From the NCBI GenBank assembly GCA_038087875.1, contig CM075988.1:10852001-10916000 (forward strand): a DNA stretch of 64,000 nt, given 5' to 3'. Position numbers and translations under genes: made by a program. Origin of the DNA: Malacoraja senta. Lineage: Eukaryota. Below the pieces are notes generated by a model. It saw only the letters and a list, made by a program, of their open reading frames with translations, was not told the origin of the DNA and did no database searches. The stretch's first letter is position 1, and the number at the start of each line of letters is the position of its first letter. Shown here piece after piece: positions 24,925-37,989 of the stretch.

Positions 24925-25060
24925 GTAGTCTGAAGAGTCTGAGGAAGGGTCTCAACCCGAAACGTCACCTATTCTCCAGAGATGTCGTCTGACTCGCTGA
25001 GTTACTCCAGCCGTTTGTGTCTATTTTCGGTTTAAACCAGCATCTGCAGCTCCTTCTGAC
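24925..25060 (+). mobile_element. Penelope terminal fragment with hammerhead core
   Basis: GU-CUGAGGA-A-GGGUCUCAACCC-GAAA-CGUC-AC at 24937-24968; 8-bp TSD ACAGTAAA (24917-24924, 25061-25068). Confidence 0.75.
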
Positions 25061-25555
25061 ACAGTAAAATGGTTTATCATTCCTCAAACTTTGCAGATCC
25101 GCTGGATATTTTCTTCATTTTCTTCTTCCTTATTTCAAGTACACATACTTTCCAGGGGATACGATATAATTCTCTGGTGAATTGAAATTAATTGGAAATT
25201 TTTCAAATATGAGGTCAGTCATATCTTCATTTACCTGGGTAAAATAAATACCATAAGGAAACTCTGAAGTTGATCAAATGTAATGCCTTACACTCTTCCT
25301 TGATGTATTATATATCTAAAGAAATGAAATGTATGCACAATATCTGAGCTGTTTTTAAAGTATTAAAATTAAGAAATGGACTTCCAGATTATTGCAAAGA
25401 AAAACCAGTGAAGTCATGGCAGTGATAATGAATTAATACAATTCTCCAAAGCATAAAATGGATCTGATGCAAGGCATTTAATGTAACTGGAAGAAAAAAA
25501 ATAATTGGCAAAAAATTGAGGTGCATGACAAAAATATATATTTGCTATGCTGCAT

Positions 25556-25790
25556 AGTTTAGTTTATTTTAGATATACAGCATGGGAACAGGCCCTTCGG
25601 CCCATCGAGTCCACGCCGACCAGCGATAACCCATACACTAATTCTATCCTACACACTAGGGACAATTTACAGTGGCCAATGAACCTTCAAACCTGCATGT
25701 CTATGGAATGTGAGAGGAAACCAGAGCACAAGGAGAAAACCAACACACTGAAAGGCAGCAACTCAACCGCTGGGCCACTTTGCTGCGTGC
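25556..25790 (-). mobile_element. HE1-like V-SINE (internally deleted)
   Basis: Tail and V-domain match the other copies. Confidence 0.75.
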
Positions 25791-25939
25791 AAAGACAAGC
25801 AAATATTTTTAATGGAGATTGTAAACCAACAGGTTTAGACAATATTCCAAGAGACATGGAAGACAGAATTGGCATGCACTGTTGTCCGGCTCATCATTAT
25901 GAAGACAAAGCAGGAGTCACTAAACTGAACTGGTGAATT

Positions 25940-27172
25940 TTCTGGAATTTTTTGAAGATGTAACTAGGAAAATGGACAAGGGAGAGCCAGTGGATGTAGT
26001 GTACCTGGACTTTCAGAAAGCATTTGATAAGGTCCCACGTAGGAGATTAGTGGGAAAAATTAGGGCACATGGTATTGGGGGTAGAGTACTGACATGGATA
26101 GAGAAGTGGTTGGCAGACAGGAAACAAAGAGTAGGGATTAACGGGTCCCTTTCAGAATGGCAGGCAGTGACTAGTGGGGTACCGCAAGGCTTGGTGCTGG
26201 GACCGCAGCTATTTACAATATACATCAATGATTTGGATGATGGGATTCAAAGTAACATTAACAAATTTGCAGATGACACAAAGCTGGCTGGCAGTGTGAA
26301 CTGTGAGGAGGATGCTATGAGAATGCAGGGTGACTTGGACAGGTTGGGGGAGTGGGCAGATGCATGGCAGATGAAGTTTAATGCAGATAAATGTGAGGTT
26401 ATCCACTTTGGTAGCAAAAACAGGAAGGCAGATTACTATCTAAATGCCGTCAAGTTGGAAAAAGGGGAAGTACAACGGGATCTGGGGGTCCTTGTACATC
26501 AGTCTACGAAAGTAAGCATGCAGGTACAGCAGGCAGTGAAGAAAGCGAATGGCATGTTGGCCTTTATAACAAGAGGAATCGAATATAGGAGCAAAGAGGT
26601 CCTTCTGCAGTTGTACAGAGCCCTAGTGAGACCACACCTGGAATATTGTGTGCAGTTTTGGTCCCCTAATTTGAGGAAGGACATTCTTGCTATTGTGGGA
26701 GTGCAGCGTAGGTTTACAAGGTTAATTCCTGGGATGGCAGGACTGTCATATGCTGAGAGAATGGAGCAGCTGGGCTTGTACACTCTTGAGTTTAGAAGGA
26801 TGAGAGGTTATCTCATTGAAACAAATAAGATTGTTAAGGGCTTGGACACGCCAGAGGCAGGAAACATGTGCCCGATGTTGGGGGAGTCCAGAACCAGTTT
26901 AAGAATAAGGAGTAAGCCATTTAGAATGGAGATGAGGAAACACTTTTTCTCACAGAGAGTGGTGAGTCTGTGGAAATCTCTGCCTCAGAGGGCAGGTTCT
27001 CTGGATGCTTTCAAGAGAGAGCTAGATAGGGCTCTTAAAAATAGCGGAGTTAGGGGATATGGGGAGAAGGCAGGAACGGGGTACTGATTGTGGATGATCA
27101 GCCATGATCACATTGAATGGTGGTGCTGGCTCGAAGGGCCAAATGGCCTACTCCTGCACCTATTGTCTATTG
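25940..27172 (+). mobile_element. CR1 LINE, 5'-truncated, with an open RT C-terminal frame
   Basis: ORF 25933-27087: VYLDFQKAFDKVP, SGVPQG.VLGP.LF, KFADDTKL, HLEYCVQFWSP; 3' tail CTCCTGCACCTATTGTCTATTG. Confidence 0.95.
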
Positions 27173-27769
27173 TGAGTTGAAATCCTTTAACTGTACAGAA
27201 TATATACATGCAACTTTTTGTCTGCTGGTGTCAAATCTGCACAAGAGTCTCGCGGCAACTTCAGAATGAGTTTTAGTTTTACTTTAAGTTACTTTTGTTC
27301 CAATGAAGGGCTGGATCTTGCAACAACAAAAAATAGAAACGCGTTGTGTCTGCAGAAATAACAGCATCATTTGCTAATTGTTGTTGAGAAAAATTTTAAA
27401 AAACTGCAGGAGCTTTGCGTATTTCATGATGAATTGTGAAAAGAAATCATGAGAGACAATTGGAACTTGCTAATGGATGCTGATTTGTATTGTAAATGAG
27501 CTTGAAGAATGTCAATTAAAAACACAATATTTCATATGATCCAATGGCACTTACTGGGCAACAAAGTATAACCTAGAAACTGTGCGTAATATTGACATAT
27601 GTGATAGACCGTCAATTAATAAGCAGAGTACGTTTTTTGAGGAAGATCAGAAAGCAGCATCAGAGCTCCCATATATGGAGAGAAGAGCCAGTTTGCATCT
27701 GATCAGGAAGGAGTTATCTTTGGTAATGGGGATTGAGTACTTCAAATGGAACTATTCACTGCAAAGGAG

Positions 27770-28330
27770 GTTTTCAGTTGTGGAAGAGTCTTGAACCAGA
27801 GGTGGCAGCCTCAGAATAAAAAGAGGTACCATTAGAATGGAAATGAAGAGGAATTTCTTCAGCCAGAGGGTGATGAATCTGTGGAATTATTTGGGTGTTC
27901 TTGTCATTGGGTATGTTTATGAATGAATGATACTTTATTATCACATGTACCTAAGTACAGTGAAATTCTTTTGCATATGTATGTGAAGAGTCACCATGTA
28001 TAGGGCAAGTTACAAAAGTATTCATTATAGTCCCGCTGGTGCCCACTTGTTCTCTCGGCAGCCCCTTCTTTGTTCTCCTTTGTTCTCTCAATGACCCATC
28101 ATGCCAGGTTCCTAGGTGGTGCATCTTCGACCGACTGTGACCCGTCGTCGACTGTTCCTCGACTGTGATTGCAGAGATTGATAAGTTCTTGATTAATAAG
28201 GGTATCAAAGGTTATGGGGGAGAAGGCTGGAGAATGGGGTTGAGAGGGGAAAATAGATCAGCCATGATCGAATGGCAGAGCAGACTTGATGGGCTGAATG
28301 GCCTAATTCTGCTCCTATGTCTTATGGTCA
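27770..28330 (+). mobile_element. CR1 3' fragment with a nested minus-strand Rex-like tail (~27920-28165)
   Basis: CR1 motifs (SLRIK, FFSQRV, AEIDKFL..KGYG) split by a (GAAT)n-tailed insert. Confidence 0.65.
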
Positions 28331-30589
28331 CAGTTTTATGGTCTAAGAATGTACATTGGGGGATTAAGATCTTTAAATATGATATCAGCTGGACTGATCA
28401 CTCCAAAATTGGTTTGAAGTCCTCCTCCAGCTACAAAGGGCTTAAACAAATTGAGTTCAGTTTTCAGTGATGCTCAGATTGGGCAAGTCTTTATTAAATG
28501 CACAGAAATTATCTATTAGAGTTAGAATTGTAAAGGGAAACATCAAACTGATGCAGTGGAGGATCTGACAAGACTAGGTTGAGAATGTATTAAAAAAGCG
28601 TATTTACTCTTTTATTTTGCCATAATGATGCATCTTGTAATTTCTGCTCATTTTATTTTTGGAATTGCAAAGAGTTAAGGAAGTTGAAAATGAGAAGCAT
28701 AGGTGAAATTATTAAACAAAGTGTAAAATTCAGCTTACAGGAATGTACAATTCTGCAATGTCAGAGAATGGAAGCAGATGGGGCACATTAATTGTTTAAT
28801 GAATCAGTGTTGAACTCAATGAACATATGAACATACCAATTAAGAGCAGGCTTGGGCTGCTGTGGCCCTTGAGCCTGCCCTGCCATTCAATAAGCTCATG
28901 TCCAATATAACTACAACCTGAACCACGTTCCTCGGAAACCTCACCCTCTAACTCATCAAGATGTTATTCAACTCTCTCTTGAAAAGAGACCAATGCTAGC
29001 TTCTCATATTTCTCCTCATAAACAAACTTCTCGTATCAACCTTGCAAACCTCCCCAATGCTTTTTTCAGTATTTTCCAATCTTTTCCAAAAGGGACTCAA
29101 TTCATCTTCTCATGTGTAACCAGTATTTTTGTATGTCTACCCAGTCAAGATTGGGTAGTTGATTTTTTCTTGGTATCCCATTTCCATTCTTCACCATTTA
29201 ATTTACTCTGTTAGCCACCTCCCCCCCCCCCCCCTTATTATGCCCCCTCTCTTGTTTTGGTCTTAATTGATTTATATTTAGTCTCATCTAGAATGTCAAT
29301 TGATCCACATTTTGGAAGATTGGAATCATGTATATTCTGCTGTGTGTGTGTGTGTGTGGATTAATTGTGTTTAATTAATGGAACAAGGATAGTGTGACCC
29401 AGAGGACCAACTATGGGGAATAAAGTGATGGTTAATGAGCTGGCAATTTTCATTTCTAATCAAACTGCAGCTCGGCGCTGTGTATTCTCTAAATCACTGA
29501 TTTGTTCAAACCTCATCCAAGGCATACATTTACTTATCAAAAGTTGAATTGCTTGGATCCCAGGCATTATACCTGAAGAATATTTCCCCCACATTTGATC
29601 AGTTAAAACAAATCATCCAGAAAAATGTACATCTATATTTCACACAGAGTCTTTACAGTTGAATCTTCATTTTGCTGTGTCATCTGTTTTTGGTGAACTG
29701 TCACACACATCATAAAATATGGATGTGGGAATAATTCCCTCTTGTGCCTGCTCTGCTCTCCAATAAGATTTTAACTGGTATTTTACCTCATTGCCACTTC
29801 TCTATGCTAACCCCATATTCCCTTCATTGCCTTGATTTCCTTAATATCAAAGCCTCAAAAAGCTGTAGAAAACTATAAAGCTCTGAAGTAAATGAAAAAT
29901 ACCAAATCATCCCATGTGTAACCATCAATGTTGGTGTAACCCTTCACTCATTGGTCCGAAACTGAGTTTGTGTTCCTCACCAAACTCTGTGTAATCTTGT
30001 TAGCTCTGAAATAGTTATCCACCAGCTAATTGTGGACAAAACTGCATAAGAGATGGGTGAATACTACCTTTCTATATATGCATTTGAATCACCAAATTCA
30101 GAAATTCATAAGTACTAGGAGCAGAATTAGGCCATTCTATCATGGCCGATCTATATTTCCCTTTCAACCCCACTCTCCAGCCTTCTCCCTATAACCCCTG
30201 ACACCCTTACAAAAGGCATGGAATGATACTGAACAATTAGTCATACGGCGTGGAAACAGGCTCTTCAGCCCAACTTACCCACATTGGCCAACATGTCCCA
30301 TCTACACGAGTCCAACCTGCCTGCGTTTGGTCCATATATCCCTCTAAACCTGTCTTATCCATGTACCTGTCTAAATGTCTAATTGCTGTGAAATAGGATG
30401 AGCAGAGTGCTAATGGGCCAAATTATCTCTTTTGTTGCTATGACTCTAATTTAGACTCTATGATGGTGTAGAAACTTTATTCAATAAAATCCTCATCTTA
30501 TGTCCCACGGAGAATGAATACTTAATCGTGCTCCCTTGTACATTCAGTTTGCAGCAGCGATTCCTCCAACGTTGAAACGTGTGTGGATG

Positions 30590-30810
30590 GGACTGCGAGG
30601 AAGCTTACAGACGGTGTGTCTTTAAATGTTTCCACCGACCACTGCAGAGTTGCTGCTGCTGCTGCTGCCGCCGATCAGCGGAGCAAGTCCCTGGTGACTC
30701 AAGCTGTGGTGGAATAAGCCAATGACGGGAGCGGTGCGGGGACGCGCCTGACCGGAGTGGAGGAAAGCGGGAGCGCGCCGGAGCCGCGGGGACGCGCGTC
30801 TACATGCCTG
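30590..30810 (+). promoter_or_regulatory. CpG-rich promoter of the IgLON exon 1a
   Basis: Local CpG/GC enrichment outside any repeat; TGACTCA (30695), CCAAT followed by TGACG (~30719-30727), (GCT)n; lies directly upstream of the signal-peptide exon. Confidence 0.7.
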
Positions 30811-30997
30811 CCTGCCTGCCTGAGCAGTATTGTGAACTGTGTGTGTGTGTCGCTGATTCTCCCTCACTCGTCCTCCACTTTGCTCGCTCGACTGCTGGAT
30901 TTGTTTTCTGTAAACCCGCGCCGAGACCTTCGGACAAGCAAGCTACAGGAACAGGAGCATCAACAACAACAAATTAAAGCAAGAAAGGGGGGAAAAA

Positions 30998-31058
30998 ATG
31001 CACATCTCAGTTTGTGGCATCGTCCTGATTGGAATGGCTCTTCTCCTGATTTCTCAAG
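30998..31058 (+). CDS. NTM: First coding exon (signal peptide) of an IgLON-family cell adhesion molecule, most likely neurotrimin exon 1a
   Basis: AAAATGC start; MHISVCGIVLIGMALLLISQ+G then donor CAAG|GTACTG (phase 1, 61 nt); ungapped match to recalled human NTM 1a MHNSISWAIFTGLAALCLFQG (M, H, S, G, A, L, Q, G identical). Confidence 0.72.
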
Positions 31059-34000
31059 GTACTGGCACTGTGGAAACGGATGCGTTTTTATCATGCTCAG
31101 TAATTGCTGGCTTGCTTGTAGGATGGTGACCTCGTTGTAAAGGAATGTACCTTCGAGTTATAAACTTTTGCTTTGGCTCCGGGGAGCCCGGTGGTTTAAT
31201 TGAATGTTTCAGACACTTGTACTTTAAAAAAAAAAAAAATCTTGCATTGCTTGCCCAGTTGGAACCTTATTTTTGAGTATTACTTTCAGCTTGCCGTCGG
31301 ACAAGCCCCGTCGTCACTGTCACATTCCGGGAACATAGCCTGGTTTTCAAAAATAGCAAAGCTGGTCAACGTTATTTATTTATTTTTTTGAAAAAGGTTT
31401 GAAATGACTTAAGCAAAAAAAAAAAAAGTAGTGCTAGGTTTGCAATCTGCATAGTGATAAATCTGTGTAGTGATAAATGTCATTAATGTACGCTTTGTTT
31501 TGATGAAGTCTCAATGATATTGACTTGAGTGAGGATGTTTTTTGGGAGGGGGCGGTAAGAACAGCTCTGGTTAAAGGCGCAGCGTTTGCTCTCTCGGTCT
31601 CTCCCTCCCTCCCCTCTGGGGTTTAAGAAGCTTGACATCCATTTCCAGAAACTACAGTAAAAGCGTCCGTTCTGTCATCAAACGCGGAACCGTGCGTCTT
31701 TAAAAAAAAGTTTTAAGAGAATAATTCCTGACGTTCGAGGTTGGAGTGTTTCCGCTAACGCTGTTAACTTGCGAGGATGTCCTTTTATGTTTAAACATTA
31801 AACGGAGACCCCAGGCTAACTTTCACCTTTGTGCAACATTAAAGGGATAGCTGCTGCCTTTCGTTTGCCTCCCGTTAAAACAATAGTCCGCGGGTACTAG
31901 AGAAAGCCCCTTTAGTCGCGGCCCCTCGAGTTGAAGCCTTCAAATTCTCGCAACGTATGTTATCATTGACTTGCATTTCTGCGCTGCCGCACGCGTTGGC
32001 ATTTGAGAGGCAACTTAAAGGTGAACGAGCCGTCTTGATTACAGTGGTTAAAGAGAAACTACCCGAGAACCCCGGAGTTTAGAGTGGAGACTCCGTGGTT
32101 ATCGATTTAGGGGGAATATAATAATCGTGGGCTGTTTAGACAGATCATTCGAGCCGCCAGTTGTAATGCATCCGTGTGGATGGGGGTTGTGTTTGATAAT
32201 GAACTGGTGCAGATTAGTAGCTAAACGACCAGCGGAACCGCCTGGAACAGGCTGAGATGTTTGGGTTCGGTATTAATTGGGACTGAGTTGGTCTTGTATC
32301 TCTGCCGCAGCCAAAGGAGCTATTCTTTCAGCACCGCCTCCCGTGTCGCTGCCCGCTCTGTATTCAACTGATACGTTTTCCTCCCCTGCCGCGGGATCCT
32401 CGTTATATAATCAACGTGAGCTTTTTAGTGTGTAAAACAAATACCCAGTGCTAGCTAGCTGTCCTTGTTCCCAGACTCTGACCCACTGCTTGTCGTGCAG
32501 TCGTTTCAATCGCTGCTGGATTATCTCTGGGTTACACATCTCTCCAGCTGCCGGACTGAAACCATCGCTGGCAGGCAAATGATCGACCCCATCCAATACC
32601 AGGGCGTTCGTCGTAATCTCCTTCCAGATGGCAGCAGAACTTTGTCCAGATAGCTGCCCCGGATAAGCTGCTTGGAACAGCGATCTTTTTCTCCGTGTGT
32701 GATAGCTACCATTGACTTTGCGTTGATGGCAGTATTTCTCACGGTTTAAGAGATCAGTTGTATCTTCCCTGTGCCCCTCACTTGCTGAATCGATTGTTTT
32801 TTGATAAATCATTGGTTGACTATTTTAAGTGGTCTCGTCCGCCTATTTTCTGCTGGATCTCTTCTTTTTGGAAGAATATATATTTTTGAATTACACATTC
32901 CCTTTCCAGCTTCTATAACTGGTACATGTCAGTTTACAACATCGTCCCCTCTTCTCCCCGCCGTTAAATCTGCTTCGCAGTAATTGGTGGAGTTGCAACC
33001 GTGTCAAGCGAAGCATGGTATTTAGCTACTGAAATTATTTAAGAGCCGTCGTGTATCTGACTCTCAGCTGCAGTGTCATAACATACACGAGTTCAGTCAG
33101 TAGGAATCTTGGATGCTTCCAGATTTGAAATAATTAGGTTCACAAATGTCAGAAAGTCAATTTTGTTCTGTCTACCGTCAGGAAATGATATCAAATGCTG
33201 CCATAAACCAGTTATATGTCTGCATCTAACAAATTAAGACTGTTGCTGAATAGTCCCATATAAAGTTTGTAGACACTAAAATACTGTTCTCTAATGATAA
33301 TGCAGTAAGTAGGCTAAAATATTTGAACTGACTATAAACTGAATAGAATGGAAATTGATCTGCAAAATTCCCTTTCTGTAAAATGTGAATGCATACTTTG
33401 AATATTTATCCTCAACAATTATAAGTGAAAAATTTTTTTGGGCGGGGGATGTTTGAAACATTCCAATTGCAAGCTAATTGTTAAGAGTTGTAAAATTTCA
33501 AACTTCAAAATGTATTCAGGAAATTGAGGAGTTTTGAGTACAGGTAAGAACCATATTTCCACCCCTCCTAGGTGAATGCATTGTGTAGGTAGAGACCATT
33601 TACCATTTTGTCTTCACTATTATTACCTGTGGAACTTGGTAAATGGGTGGACAATATTGAACGTAGAGAGGCAAAATGACACAGAACACTTTTTAAAAAC
33701 GGGCTCTGTTATTATTAGTGGTTCTTCATTAAGAATTCAAAAATGTATCTTTTTTGGCGTAATGCTGGGACAACTGCATCACAGTAGTTTATGCCACCAG
33801 CTTTGATTTTACTGCAGCAATGGGGAAGTTGTGTTTAGGAATTTTGGAGCCCATTGGATTATGGAATGGTGAATTGAGTCCAAGCCAAGTTTAATGGGTG
33901 ATTCTCACTGCATAAAAACTAATGTTTTGGACTTCCTCCAGAATCTAGCATATCAAGAATGGAAAACTGGCCAGCAGAGGATGCAAGGGAGCAGTCCATT

Positions 34001-36889
34001 GCAAATGGTTGAAAAGCAAAAGGGTAGGTGGTGCAGGATCAGGGGAGGGCCAGGGTCAAGGAGTCCAAGGGTTTGCTGTGAAACCTAGAGTAGTCCTTCT
34101 GGTGCTCTGAAACACAAGTACAATCACAATTTGATCCCATTGACATTATACATAAGTATTTTAAAGAACAGGTCATTAGGTTTCAATTATTAAGAAATAA
34201 AATCAGATTGGCCATTTGATGCCCCTATTTTGACTTTTCTTCTGTAATAAATACTGGAATGAGATGGTGAATTTTAATTTTCTCTTGTCCCAGTCTTCAC
34301 TGTGATTCATCCTCCAGTGGGTTAATAGAACTTGGGTTCATGCCAATGTACTTAATGCTCCTCTGCCAGTCACTGCAAAGAATACAATAAAATGTGACTT
34401 ACATTTTCTCTCATTATACTCATCTGCTTGTTGGCAATCTTAAGCAAGTCTTAGAACTTCCTGCATAGACTGGTTGATTGAAACAATTGTGTTTTGGTTG
34501 GAAGCAGCTGTGTCAATTAGACCAACTGATGACCACTCATTGAGCCAATTAGATCTTCCAACAAGAATAATCAAAGCAAAGTTGAATTTAGTTACCAGCT
34601 TTTTTTATTAATTTAAATGTTAAAATTAGTCAACATACAATACATACAACATTCATTAAACAAGTAAAGTTTCCAAGCTGGATGATTCAAGGAAAATGAT
34701 TCCAATATAACCTTGTATGTGCAACTTGAGTGCCTAGTGAACATTATCCAACATTGACACATTTTTTTGAAAAGTTTTAATGCGTGAAGTGTCACTGGAT
34801 AATTGATCAGATATCGAGGTACAAAAGGTGGAATTTCTGTCTGTTGCTGATTAAAATAAAGATTATTTTGAACATAAGCAAAAAAAAATTATTCAAGCAC
34901 ATCTCAACAGTGGATGCCCCTGGCACTTGTGAAATTGCAGTTTTTAGATCTTTAAATGATTATACTTTCACAGCACTATTGAAAATACAATGGAGATTTA
35001 TTTTAAAGATTATAAGTTTCCAAAATGTTGAAGACTATAAATCGATGTGACAGTTTACAATGCTGTTTTAAGCCATTTGTTTAGTGTTCTGATGTGTGGA
35101 CTATTTTGATTATCTTAAATATCTCGCAAAAGTTTGTAAAAGTTGTTAGCATCTCCCTTGTTGGAAGAGCTCCCATTTAGCAATAAATAGTAAGACACCT
35201 ATTGGTGTAATAGTGTTATGGTTTCAATTAGCTTGTGTTTTGGTGTTTGCCAGCCATGCTTTCTGGAGGTTTAGTCCCCAGGAGCCTCCCATTTTGAATG
35301 CGAGACAGTGGGACAAGATTTATTGAGAACATTACAACATTTTTCAGCAGTTATCTATAAAATGGATGATAACCCATTTTAGTATAAACTTATTTTAAAG
35401 ATAATTATTCACTTGATAGTTGGATGTGTGCATATCTAAGGAAGAAAAATAACCCAGGAGTATAATGTTGCAAAAATGTAAAATAGATATCTCTTGATTG
35501 ATTTGCCTCCAACTGGTGGTAATCATATTGTGAAAATTGCATTCTGATAGCTTTGATTATTAAGATGCATAAATGTGGTAACATTGACACAATTGTAGCA
35601 TGAGAGAATAAATTATTTTTGAAACCAATGTTTAAACTTTAAATTACAAGATTAGAATAACATTATTTGAAGAAAAATCATATCCTTGGGATCCAGCTTA
35701 TTTAATATAATCTGACACAGTAATCTCGTTGTATGTGACGCATGCAATGACAATAAAGCATTCTGATTCTGATTCTGATTTGTTCTCGGGCAGATTTGTA
35801 TCCCAAAACCTTTTGGAAAAAGTGTGTATTATTACTTTTTAATGTTCTAGAGACTATAACTGTTCATATGTCAACATTGTGATTAAAGAATATGGAACCA
35901 TTTTTAAGAGATATTTATCCATATGGGAAAATCACAGTAGCAGAGCAGGCATAACTGCCCTATCAGTTTTCATTGTGTCACAGACATGATGGTGTGAATT
36001 TTGAGGTTCTATCATATGAACATCCAGCATAATGGGAGTAATATTGCACTTAAGTGTATCGTGGGTTGCACTTAAGATTCTCAAAGTGGATCTTGATGAA
36101 GCTGTATTATTCACTCATTACCACCTTGTTAGTGCACCACAGCCTTGAGAACTGTAAAAAATAATTAGAACTGTAAAAAAGAATTTCAATTGTCATAAAA
36201 CCAAATTAAAGGTTGTTGAATTTTTATTTGAGAAACTGAGAAGATTCATTTTGTATGACCTTGTGAAAGCCGTTCTCTATAAGCACAAGGTTCAATTTAT
36301 GCAAAAGCAGTGTGATTTCAATAGGGTAAGCATTAAAATGCTACATTATTGGAGATTTTGAGGGAGCTTGGGTGTGCTTTGCATTTTCACCATGGCGCAA
36401 AATTCGTTCAATTTCAAGAGTTGGCTACAGTCCCAGAAGAGCTGACCTCCCAAGTTAATAAAAATGGAAACATGTGTTGTGTGAATGAGAACTAGGTTAG
36501 TGGATTTGCAAATAAAAATTGATAACAGATTTGAGAGACTTTATACTGAGTTTTGGAAAAACAAAACCAAGATTTATAAATATGAAAGAAAATATCTAAA
36601 GTTGATTGAATAAATCTCTCTTCTGAGTTCCTTCTCCCAAAAGTAAGAACTTAACACACAAAGTCAATTATTGTTGTTTCAATATATACTCCCGATTGAA
36701 GACTTTCTGGTTGTAGAATCAGTTGTACATGGAAGATTTTCCTTAAGTTCATGCCTTGATTTACATTTGCGTGTTATAGTCCTGTTTTGGGCAAGAAAAT
36801 GTCACCTTCCTTTCAAACTTGTCAAGTCCACCAGCACATGTCGATGGCAGCAACCTTTGATCTTCATCCATCAGAGATGGCTCTTGCTG

Positions 36890-37700
36890 CCTTCATACAA
36901 GATACCAGTTGGTACAGTGAAATGTGTGGTCACCGTACAGCCATACAAATAAATAAAGAACACAACACACGATAGTCTCCAACATAAAACATCCCCACAC
37001 AGCAGAATCAAAGTTTCCCACTGAGGGATGGCACCAAAGTCAGTCCTCTTCCTCTGATGTTCTTGATATTCACCCATGGTCGGGGCCTCCCGAGCCCTCT
37101 GCAGTCGCCGCTATGGGCGGCCCGCTCGCCAGGATGATGGAACGGAAGGACAACCTCAGCTGCTTGGACCTCTGAATCGGCCACTTCCTACCGGAGTCCA
37201 CGGCTCCCGAAGTCCACAGGCCGTGCTGGGCCGAGATTCATGCTGGCGGCCCTAGGCAAAAGGATCCCAGGACTCCGCGATGTTGAAGTCGGCGCCACCC
37301 GCGCTGGAAGCTCTGCGAACCGCAGCTTCGCGATTTCGAAGCTGCAGGCCCAACACTCCGGAGCTTCAAACGGCGATCCAGATAGGCATCGCCCCGCTCC
37401 GCGGTGAATCCAGTGCTGCGCCACAGCTGCTGATGCTCTGGTCCGGTACCCGGTAGGAAAGGCCGTACCAATCCTTTTGGTAGGCCGCGAGGATTGGGGC
37501 GAGGACGCAACTCAGAGAATAGTCGCATCCTCGCCAGGAAGTGACTGGGAAACGGTTTCCCCATTACCCCTCCCCCCCTCCCCCACATAGAAAAACGAAA
37601 GAAACCTCCAAACATACTGTTAAGACAAATTAAAAAAATTTTAAAGATAGAAAAAACAGACAATTTTTAGGCAGAGGCTGCCATCAATGTGGCGTCTCTG
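36890..37700 (-). mobile_element. Non-autonomous GC-rich retroelement (family shared with 21880-22586)
   Basis: Shared sequence blocks and architecture; CpG-rich core; terminal hairpin CAGAG..GCCA/TGGC..CTCTG. Confidence 0.65.
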
Positions 37701-37989
37701 TGATCATGTGCATGGAAGTGCTGAAAATGCAAAGCAAATGCTGAAAATACTCACCATGTCAGACAGCAGCTCTGGAGGGAATGTTCATTTTGGGTCAAAA
37801 ACTCTTCAATAGAAGGCTTAAAGTTAAGGGTCAACTTTTTTGGGGGGGAAGTTAAGGATCAACATTCAGCAAAGATGCTTGGGAACATCTGAAGGTAGGG
37901 ATAGATTATGGGAAAGAGGATATTATTAACATATTTGTCAAATGGAGGTTTGGGATGATAAAAAAATAAAAAAACACTTAAACATTTGT

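Noticed and set aside
30998..31058. Alternative identities (CXCL12, ROBO2, CADM2, OPCML also have 61-nt first coding exons)
   Set aside because: The residue pattern MH.S.......G.A.L...QG fits NTM 1a best, and no chemokine exon 2 was seen within 33 kb.
30757..31140. 127-aa ORF over the promoter/exon
   Set aside because: No ATG start and no recognisable protein; it runs through the splice donor, and the real coding frame is the 30998 signal peptide.
32316..32480. REST/NRSE site
   Set aside because: Only separated half-sites (TTCAGCACC; AGCTGTCC); no canonical 21-bp element.
32475..32653. Possible exon 2 after TTGTTCCCAG (DSDPLLVVQ...)
   Set aside because: In phase but ends in a stop, with no Ig-like or other recognisable sequence.
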